Source: Octopus vulgaris
Lineage: Eukaryota
DNA: 64,000 nucleotides
Assembly (NCBI GenBank): GCA_951406725.2
Contig: OX597814.1
Coordinates: 19,964,001 to 20,028,000, forward strand
Reading direction: 5' to 3'
Made by a program: the position numbers and the translations under genes. Under the pieces are notes generated by a model that saw only the letters and a list, made by a program, of their open reading frames with translations, made no database searches and was not told where the DNA came from. Shown in pieces: positions 54,235 through 64,000 of the stretch (its first letter is position 1; each line of letters starts with the position of its first letter).

Positions 54235-54597
54235 ATTGGGTATTACATGTCGACAATATAGTGGCAATCTAGTTCACTTTTTCTTATATTCTGTGTCAAC
54301 AAGAGAATTCAAGGGAAATAACTACAAAAAATAATTTTGAAGTTGTCTCCCCTTGAAAATTTTATTTAAAAACTAAATAAAACTAACGTACGATTCTGCA
54401 GAAGGCCACATCATCATCATCATCGTTTAACGTCCGCTTTCCATGCTAGCATGGGTCGGACGGTTCAACTGGGATCTGGGAAGTTCACGGGGGCCAGGCG
54501 AGGCTGGCAACGGCCACGATCGGATGGTCTTTCTTACGTATATATGTATGTATGTATGTATGTATATGTGTATATATATATATATTATGTATGTATA

Positions 54598-54637
<40 letters not shown>

Positions 54638-54656
54638 CATATATACACACACACAC

Positions 54657-54715
<59 letters not shown>

Positions 54716-55026
54716 ACCATGCATGTATATAATCATGTCCCATGCTTGCATGTGTTGCACAAAAATGTTTTTCAGTGCCTACTGGAATCATAATCCAGAC
54801 ACACCATAAATTGTGCAGACATGCTAAACACTAAGGCAATTGTCATTTTACTCATTCTTTCACTCATTCATCCATTCATCCATCCATTCATCCATTCATA
54901 CATACATACATGTTTTGTGCGTGTGTGTGTAATTGCACACACAATTACGCAGAAAGAGAGTGAGAAATGGTAAAGTGTAATGCATAAATGAAAATCAGAA
55001 GAATTCCCTTTTTTTCTTTGTTGCAG

Positions 55027-55080
55027 ATTGCAGAAGAGATGGAAAAAGAAAGAAAAATGTTTCAGTTACAAGCATGTGAA
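55027..55080 (+). CDS. ASAP1: 54-nt internal exon of an ASAP-family Arf-GAP (BAR domain), copy 1
   Basis: Acceptor TTTTTTCTTTGTTGCAG and donor GAA|GTAAGT. It encodes IAEEMEKERKMFQLQACE, recalled as matching the vertebrate ASAP1/2 BAR segment IAEEMEKERRLFQLQMCE. Whether it is spliced into a functional gene is not visible. Confidence 0.8.
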
Positions 55081-55808
55081 GTAAGTATCTTTAATGACAA
55101 GACGGGCATCTGACTGTAAAGCAATGCTTTAGTAATATTTATTCGTTTGACCTTTACTACCACTGCAAAATAGACAATATAATGAACAAAATATCAGAAT
55201 GAAAATTGTATTTTTACCATTCAGCTGGTCATTATATTTCTTGACCATCCAACACTGACATCAACAGATCAGCTGTCCTCTATTATAATGACCATCACTA
55301 CTGGCAGTTCATGTTTACCAGGTCACTATGTAACTGACCACTAATAACTGATATCTACTCATTGCTAATGTATATGTAATAAACCCTTAAAGAGAGAGCC
55401 CCATGATTACCACAGTCCAATGACTGAAACAAGAAATGGATAAAAGATAGATAGTCCCCCAAAACATTTAGTCATGGGACCCCTAGGCTAATCCCTGCTT
55501 TGATAGTGAAAGTGGGCTTAACTCTAGCATTTAATCCAGCCATTTCTGATCCAGATATTCTCCTGGTTTTATGTTAAAATAGAGCAGATCCAATGTCTCA
55601 CACCTACCCTACAAGGTCATTATAAAAATAAACAACAACATCATAGAAATTGTGAAGCTATGAGAAAATGCATGATTAATTCAAAACAATGTGAATAAAT
55701 AAGGTTTACATTTGACAATGAAATCTGAATGTTCAAGAGTTAAAGTTGTATTTGTGTGGCCTATTCTATCCATATAAGATACCACAAGCATCCACATAAA
55801 TCTTTAGC

Positions 55809-56510
55809 ATTGCTAGCTTTCCATACTTTGTGATTTTGTTATTGCTAGCTTTCCGCACTTTGTGATTTTGGCACTGCTAGGTTTCCATACTTTGTGATTT
55901 TGGCACTGCTAGGTTTCCATACTTTCTGATTTTGGCACTGCTAGCTTTCCATACTTTCTGATTTTGGCACTGCTAGCTTTCCATACTTTGTGATTTTGGC
56001 ACTGCAAGATTTCCATACTTTGTGATTTTGGCACTGCTAGCTCACCATACTTTGTGATTTTGGCACTGCTAGCTTTCCATATTTTGTGATTTGGCACTGC
56101 TAGCTTTCCATACTTTATGATTTTGGCACTGTTAGCTCTCCATACTTTGTGACTTTGGCACTGCTAGCTTTCCATACATTGTGATTTTGGCACTGCTAGC
56201 TTTCCATACTTTATGAATTTGGAATTGCTAGATTTCCATACTTTGTGAATTTGGAATTGCTAGGTTTCCATACTTTGTATTTTGGCAATGCTAGGTTTCC
56301 ATACTTTGTGATTTTGGCACTGCTAGGTCTCCATATTTTGTGATTTTGGCACTGCTAGCTTTCCGTACTTTGTGATTTTGGCACTCCTAGCTTTCCAGAT
56401 TTTGTGATTTTGGCACCGCTGCCCTTGCATACTTTGTGATTTTGGCACCTGGCCTTCCATACTTTGTGATTTTGGCACCACTGGCCTTCCATACTTTGTG
56501 ATTTTGGCAT
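55809..56510 (-). repeat. 32-bp minisatellite array (plus-strand unit TTTTGGCACTGCTAGCTTTCCATACTTTGTGA)
   Basis: About 22 units; further arrays at 57402-57620 and 63069-63643. Confidence 0.92.
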
Positions 56511-57400
56511 TTTCACCGAAAATTTTACCCATAAATTTTTCGAAAATTTTCACTGAAAATTTTACACAAAAATTTTTCGAAAATTTGCACCAAAAATTTT
56601 ACCCAAAAATTTTTCGAGATTCTTCACCGAAAATTTAACCCAAAAATAGATTTATGTTATTGCTGCTGCTCCTTTATGTGTATATATAGAGTGAATTCTC
56701 GTTTACTACTTCTGTCACGATGCTTCGCCATCCACAATAAACCAGATTCTGCTTTACACTTAACAACTATGACGATGTCGACGTTAAATAGACTTCAGCA
56801 TATGGAGCATATTCGTTATATGGTTTTTCGAAAATTTTAACCGAAATTTTTAACAAAAATTTTTTGAAAATTTTTGGCGAAAATTTTCCCCAAAAATTTA
56901 TCGAAAATATTCACCTAAAATTTTACCCGAAAATTTTTCGAAAATTTTCACTGAATATTTAACCCAAAAATTTTTCGAAAATTTTCACCGAAAATTTTAC
57001 CCAAGACTTTTTCGAAAATTTTCACCGAAAATTTTACCCAAAACTTTTTTGAAAATTTTCACCAAAACTTTTCCGAAAATTTTACACGAAAAATTTCACC
57101 AGATTTTTCCGAAAATTTTAACCGAAAACGATGTCGACGTTTATACACTTCAGCATATGGAGCATATTCGTTATATTGTTTTCGCAAATTTTAACCAAAA
57201 TTTTTACCGAAAATTTTCCCCAAAAATTTATCGAAAATTTTCACCTAAAATTTTACTCGGAAATTTTTGGAAAATTTTCACTGAAAACATTACCCAAAAA
57301 TTTTTAGAAAATTTTACCCAAAAATTTTTAGAAAGTTTTCACCACAAATTTTACCCAAAAAGTTTTCGAAAATTTTCACAGAAAATTTTACCCCCAAATG
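56510..57400. repeat. Degenerate A/T-tract satellite (GAAAATTTTCACCGAAAATTTTACCCAAAAATTTTTC-like, ~37 bp)
   Basis: Repeated quasi-palindromic GAAAATTTTC motifs with an interspersed GATGTCGACGTT..CTTCAGCATATGGAGCATATTCGTTATA module. Confidence 0.85.
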
Positions 57401-58704
57401 ACTTTCCATAATTTGTGATATTCGGACCGCTGGCCTTCCATACTTTGTGATTTTGGCACTACTAGCCTTCCATACATTGTGATTTTGGCACCACTGGCCT
57501 TCCATACTTTGTGATTTTGGCACCGCTGTCCTTCCATACTTTGTGATTTTGGCACCGCTGGCCTTCCATACTTTTTGATTTTTGGCACCGCTGGCCTTCA
57601 ATACTTTTTGATTTTGGCATTTTCAATGTACAATTTCAGCTAAAACATTTTCCGAAAATTTTCACTGAAAATTTTAACCAAAAATTTTTCGAAACTTTTG
57701 AGAACATTTACCCAGGAATTTTCAGAAAATTTTCACCGAAAACGATGTCGACATTTATAGACTTCAGCATATAGAGCATGTTCGTTATATGGTTTTTCTA
57801 CAGGTGGTGTACAAAACAAACAGATGTAGTAGTATAACGCTCAGGAATAGAAAAAATCTTTTACGTTTCGAGCCTACGCTCTTCTACAGAAAGGGACACA
57901 GAAAAAACAAGGAGAGAAAAAATGTGTGTAGTGGCTGAGCAAAACGCCCCCCGTCCAATGGACGGTGCTGAGTTGTCAAACATTTAAACCAAATTTTCTC
58001 TAAACAACTTCTCCGACCGTCCCATAGGCCTCCCCTTTGAGAAGCACTGATTAAACCTAAATTTGAGACACCAGCAAAAGAAGAAATAAAAATAGACTTC
58101 TTTTCTATTCCAAAGAAAAACGATTTCCCACGGCTTTATCGATCGCATTCTCACCTGGAATCGATTTTTGTAATTTTTTCAAGACTTATACACACCCTGA
58201 TACCGTCGGTATCTACATATCAAATTTGAGCGCAATCGGGTGGAGGATGCCCGAGATCCTAGAAACCACACACACAGACAGACTGAACGGATTTTATATA
58301 AGAGATTTGTTACAGAAATAACTAAACTTTTAGATCGACAAATCTTCCGCTCTCTATCACCACCAAATTATCGATATATATTTACCAAACTTTTTGACTA
58401 TCTCTTTCTCTGTATGCGTATTAATAACCACGCATGACTTTCATTTTCTTTAAAACTTCGTCTTCTAATATTATACTTTCATTTTATGATACACTGCTTA
58501 TCGCGCACAAAATGCTTAGCTTCCAAATCCTGTTTACTGACTGAGTAAAAATGATCAAAGTTTAAACCCCTAACGTTTTTCTAAAAAACCTTTTGAAATA
58601 CATGCTTCACAACATAGGATTCATCGTGAAAAGTATATCAATATACCAAATTTGAAACTTTTACATAATTCTAAAATTTCAAAATCTGTGTCAGCGACAG
58701 AAAA

Positions 58705-58775
<71 letters not shown>

Positions 58776-58856
58776 ATTCGTCTATCTCTTTCATTTTCTC
58801 GTGGTAAACTTTCCCACTGTATAAAATTATATCGCTCATGTTGAATCTGATGTCAC

Positions 58857-60014
58857 TACCTTGAGTTCAGCAAGGCCTTTGACAGGGTGGATCATAAGAT
58901 CCTCTTGCAAAAACTATCCCACACTGGTGTCTCTGGAAGAACCTAACACGTTGTTGTCGAAGGAGGAAAATCAAGCCCAGCCAAAGTCAGTAGTGGCGTT
59001 CCACTATTGTGTTGGGCCCACTTCTTTTCATCATCTATTTCAATGACATTACTGACATCATCAAGCACAGTAACATAAGAATCTTTGCAGATGATTCCAA
59101 GATTCAGAAGGTCATCAATGAAGTGGGTGACCCGGCATGCCTTCAGTCAGATCTTCTGGCTGAGGACAAATTTGAGTTAATCTACTTCGGAAAGAGGATA
59201 CCATGAAACTCCCATACTCCCTTCCTTCAGGTGAAACTGTTATGGCATCCAACAACATCAGAGAGTTGGGATTAATTGTAGACAGCAACATAAACTGTGT
59301 CTCTCATATAAACAGCAAAGTTAACATGGCCCGCAGGATGTGTTCCTGGATTCTCAGAACATTCCAGTCGAGAGATATCCACACCATTATCCTTCTCTTC
59401 TCTACTTTTTCCCGACCCCACCTTCAATACAGCTGTCCACTGTAGTCGCCCCACACGAAACAAAGTATCATCAAAATTGAAACACCTCAAAGGTCAATTA
59501 CAAAAAAGATAGCTGGCATGACAGGCCTTGACTGTTAGGGTCGACTAGAAAAGCTCAAGCTTTTTTCCCTCCAACGCCACCGTGAGTGCAACATCATCTG
59601 CATGATGTGGAAAATGCTCCATCGGCATTGCCCAAATGATGTTGACATCGCCTCTAAGATACACTCAAGACTTGGGCCCTGTGCTATCCGCCCACAACAT
59701 AAATCATACTCGCATCACATTACAACAATACGTCACAATTATTTCACCTCAGTTGGCCCCACTCTCTTTACACCAAAACACATTCAAACAGAAACAGACT
59801 CCATTAAGTTCAAAAAGTCTTTGAACAAATTCCTTCAAACAATTCCGGATAAATCTCCTACATCCGGATATGTCTCCGTAAACAATAATTCTCTCCTCAA
59901 GTTGGCCATCTTGTCCGATTCCTGATTTGAATGACTTTGCCAGGTGGTGCTATTAAGTTAGACATGACCTTGGTCAATACTGGCCGAAACCTATCAAAGT
60001 ATCAAAATATCAAA
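58857..60014 (+). pseudogene. Decayed CR1-group LINE ORF2 RT part, duplicate copy
   Basis: GPLLFIIYFNDI..IFADDSKI; colinear with 50590-51752. Confidence 0.9.
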
Positions 60015-60019
60015 ATAAA

Positions 60020-60790
60020 GCGTTGTAGCTTTATGCCAATATGCTGCATAGAGAGTTTTACTCCAGGACCACTTTCTGAATAGCTTTCCAATAAATTTTA
60101 TGAAAGCTCAGCCTAGAAGGTGGTCGAGTGCGTCTATTAGACTACGTCTGCAATTTTGCTCTGATTAAGCACTATTATTTCTACTAAGTTACGATCAAAG
60201 AAACTCGTTGGTGTCACCTTAACATTATGGATGGGTGCCTTATAATTTGTGAAGCAGGGGTTCCGGGTATTTTTACCTCTTATTGGGTGGAACACTGTGT
60301 GTTCCATGAGTAACATGTTTGTAAGGACAAGTAGAGACTCTGCCTACTTTCGCTTATGCAGTGAGATACCTGCGAGGAGGCATCCCTCAGGCCATTCGAC
60401 ATTAGGAAGATTGAAGTATTCAGGGAGAAGTATATGAAGGCTGTCATCTAGGTGGGTTAATACCTCTTCCATCACTTTGAGGCTATCTTCGAATGAGCCC
60501 CCATAATTTGGAGAGCATGTGGTAAGCGACATGTAGTACTTATTACCACTTTGATTTGTGTAATGTGCACAACCAGTGTGTCATAGACTGAATTTGAGTG
60601 TGACAGCAAGACAATAGACATTACATCTTCCCGGATGAACATCGCAACTCTACTATGAGCTCTTTTTCTCCTATCAGTTCGAAACACAACATACTTTGGT
60701 ATGTGTGTTTCACCGTTTGCTATGTCAGCAGTCAAAATGCATTTCTGTTAGTGCCATGCATATTGCTTGATTACATGTAACTGGGGCTTT
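60020..60790 (-). pseudogene. Decayed LINE APE-endonuclease region (partial duplicate at 51760-52232)
   Basis: IPKYVVFRTDRRKRAHSRVAMFIRED..TCRLP..EYFNLPNVEW resembles the R.DR..GGV..YI / YRPP / GDFNLP..W motifs. Confidence 0.75.
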
Positions 60791-61750
60791 GTGCTGATGG
60801 GATGTTACAAGGCCACTGGCATTCAGCAGTAACTCTGTGTGTATACATACATGCATGCATCCATCCATCAATCCATCCATCCATCCATCCATCCATACAT
60901 ACATACATACATACATACATACATACATACATACATACATACATACATGTACGTATGTATAAGCATGTATGTCAACTGAGATAAATAGACAGACAGACAG
61001 TAAAAATTATATAATTTCGTAGACGTAGAAATGCTGTATGATTAGAGGGCAATTGGAACATACCAAATAGTTGGATATTGGGGAGACCTCCTTCGGTCAT
61101 GAATGACCATGGGATTGCACCTAGAAAGTTACCCTCCGAGGTACAAGTCCGGGCAAGGTTGCTTATGGAAGGCCAGCAGTTGCCCATGCATACCAGCCTC
61201 TCCTCTCCAAGTCACCGATGGTATCCGAGGGAAAGACAACGGCTGATGCAGTTTGGCACCAGTAATGTCGCAACTCATTTCTACAGCTGAATTAACAGGA
61301 GTAACGTGAAATAAAGTGTCTTGCTCAAGAACACAACACCTAGCCCGGTCCATTATTCGAACTCACAACCTCACGATCGTAAGCTCGAGGCTCTAACCAC
61401 TGAACCATGCGCCTTCACAATTGGGTATTACATGTCGACAATATAGTGGCAATCTAGTTCACTTTTCTTATGTTGTGTCAACGAGAGAATTCAAGAGAAA
61501 TAACTAGTAAAAATAATTTTGAAATTGTCTCCCCTCGAAACTTTTATTTAAAAGCTAAATAAAACTGACGTACGATTCTGCTGAAGGCCACATCAACATC
61601 ATCATCATCATCGTTTAACGTCCGCTTTCCATGCTAGCATGGGTTGGACGGTTCAACTGGGATCTGGGAAGTTCACGGGGGCCAGGCGAGGCTGGCAACG
61701 GCCACGATCAGATGGTCTTTGTTACGTATATATGTATGCGTGTATGTATG

Positions 61751-61829
<79 letters not shown>

Positions 61830-61845
61830 GTGTGTATATATGTAC

Positions 61846-61900
<55 letters not shown>

Positions 61901-61911
61901 TACACACACAC

Positions 61912-61961
<50 letters not shown>

Positions 61962-62286
61962 GTATATATACACACACATGCATGTATATAATCATGTTCC
62001 ATGCTTGCATGGGTTGCACAAAAATGTTTTTCAGTGCCTACTGGAATCATAATCCAGACACACCATAAATTGTGCAGACATGCTAAACACTAAGGCAATT
62101 GTCATTTTATTCATTCTTTCACTTATTCATCCATTCATCCATCCATTCATCCATTCATACATACGTATATGTTTTGTGCGTGTGTGTGTGTAATTGCACA
62201 CACAATTACTGAGAAAGAGAGTGAAAAATGGTAAAGTGTAATGCATAAATGAAAATCAGAAGAATTCCTTTTTTTCTTTGTTGCAG

Positions 62287-62340
62287 ATTGCAGAAGAGAT
62301 GGAAAAAGAAAGAAAAATGTTTCAGTTACAAGCATGTGAA
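62287..62340 (+). CDS. ASAP1: 54-nt ASAP-family exon, copy 2 (identical to 55027-55080)
   Basis: Identical sequence and intact splice sites, 7260 bp downstream of copy 1. Confidence 0.8.
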
Positions 62341-64000
62341 GTAAGTATCTTTAATGACAAGACGGGCATCTGACTGTAAAGCAATGCTTTAGTAATATTT
62401 ATTCGTTTGACCTTTACTACCACTGCAAAATAGACAATATAATGAACAAAATATCAGAATGAAAATTGTATTTTTACCATTCAGCTGGTCATTATATTTC
62501 TTGACCATCCAACACTGACATCAACAGATCAGCTGTCCTCTATTATAATGACCATCACTACTGGCAGTTCATGTTTACCAGGTCACTATGTAACTGACCA
62601 CTAATAACTGATATCTACTCATTGCTAATGTATATGTAATAAACCCTTAAAGAGAGAGCCCCATGATTACCACAGTCCAATGACTGAAACAAGAAAAGGA
62701 TAAAAGATAGATAGTCCCCCAAAACATTTAGTCATGGGACCCCTAGGCTAATCCCTGCTTTGATAGTGAAAGTGGGCTTAACTCTAGCATTTAATCCAGC
62801 CATTTCTGATCCAGATATTCTCCTGGTTTTATGTTAAAACTGAGCAGATCCAATGTCTCACACCTACCCTACAAGGTCATTATAAAAATAAACAACAACA
62901 TCATAGAAATTGTGAAGCTATGAGAAAATGCATGATTAATTCAAAACAATGTGAATAAATAAGGTTTACATTTGACAATGAAATCTGAATGTTCAAGAGT
63001 TAAAGTTGTATTTGTGTGGCCTATTCTATCCATATAAGTTACCACAAGCATCCACATAAATCTTTAGCATTGCTAGCTTTCCATACTTTGTGATTTTGTT
63101 ATTGCTAGCTTTCCACACTTTGTGATTTTGGCACTGCTAGGTTTCCATACTTTGTGATTTTGGCACTGCTAGCTTTCCATACTTTCTGATTTTGGCACTG
63201 CTAGCTTTCCATACTTTGTGATTTTGGCACTGCAAGATTTCCATACTTTGTGATTTTGGCACTGCTAGTTCACCATACTTTGTGACTTTGGCACTGCTAG
63301 CTTTCCATACATTGTGATTTTGGCACTGCTAGCTTTCCATACTTTGTGAATTTGGAATTGCTAGATTTCCATACTTTGTGAATTTGGAATTGCTAGGTTT
63401 CCTTACTTTGTATTTTGGCAATGCTAGGTTTCCATACTTTGTGATTTTGGCACTGCTAGGTCTCCATATTTTGTGATTTTGGCACTGCTAGCTTTCCGTA
63501 CTTTGTGATTTTGGCACTGCTAGCTTTCCAGATTTTGTGATTTTGGCACCGCTGCCCTTGCATACTTTGTGATTTTGGCACCTGGCCTTCCATACTTTGT
63601 GATTTTGGCACCACTGGCCTTCCATACTTTGTGATTTTGGCATTTTCACCGAAAATTTTACCCATAAATTTTTCGAAAATTTTCACTGAAAATTTTACAC
63701 AAAAATTTTTCGAAAATTTGCACCAAAAATTTTACCCAAAAATTTTTCGAGATTCTTCACCGAAAATTTAACCCAAAAATAGATTTATGTTATTGCTGCT
63801 GCTCCTTTATGTGTATATATAGAGTGAATTCTCGTTTACTACTTCTGTCACGATGCCTCGCCATCCACAATAAACCAGATTCTGGTTTACACTTAACAAC
63901 TATGACGATGTCGACGTTAAATAGACTTCAGCATATGGAGCATATTCGTTATATGGTTTTTCGAAAATTTTAACCGAAATTTTTAACAAAAATTTTTTGA

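Larger units (their letters stand above)
53758..56867 (+). repeat. Macro-duplication block B+S, copy 1 (copy 2 at 60943-64000, running off the window)
   Basis: Colinear and near-identical over ~3.1 kb, apart from microsatellite and 32-mer copy number. Confidence 0.95.

Noticed and set aside
55809-56510. 32-bp repeats as a CRISPR array
   Set aside because: The units are contiguous with no unique spacers, there are no cas genes, and the context is eukaryotic.

Overview
This is repeat-dominated, AT-rich animal genomic DNA. The SINE repertoire, TTAGGG-type repeats and large (TA)/(TACA)/trinucleotide microsatellites suggest an octopus or related coleoid cephalopod (inference). There is no intact multi-exon gene, and almost all listed ORFs are microsatellite or repeat artefacts. 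The window holds many tRNA-derived SINEs (several with clean target-site duplications), nested DNA-transposon MITEs (hAT, MULE-like, Kolobok-like, pogo-like, Helitron), a decayed Tc1/mariner transposase, and CR1-type and R4-like LINE fragments. Four things stand out. (1) A 359-bp non-coding tandem repeat at 38.1-40.8 kb carries one canonical type I hammerhead ribozyme per unit (7 complete copies) inside a long rod-like fold, making it a candidate retrozyme/circular-RNA locus. (2) At least four further, unrelated hammerhead-bearing elements occur, mostly as head-to-head inverted pairs anchored in (TA)n; one appears to be a non-circularly permuted hammerhead. (3) Foldback elements carry TTAGGG/TTTTAGGG tracts in their centre. 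(4) A ~7-8 kb tandem macro-duplication at 49.5-64 kb carries an intact 54-nt exon of an ASAP-family Arf-GAP gene in each copy. All calls come from reading the sequence by eye; family names are recalled, not database-verified.
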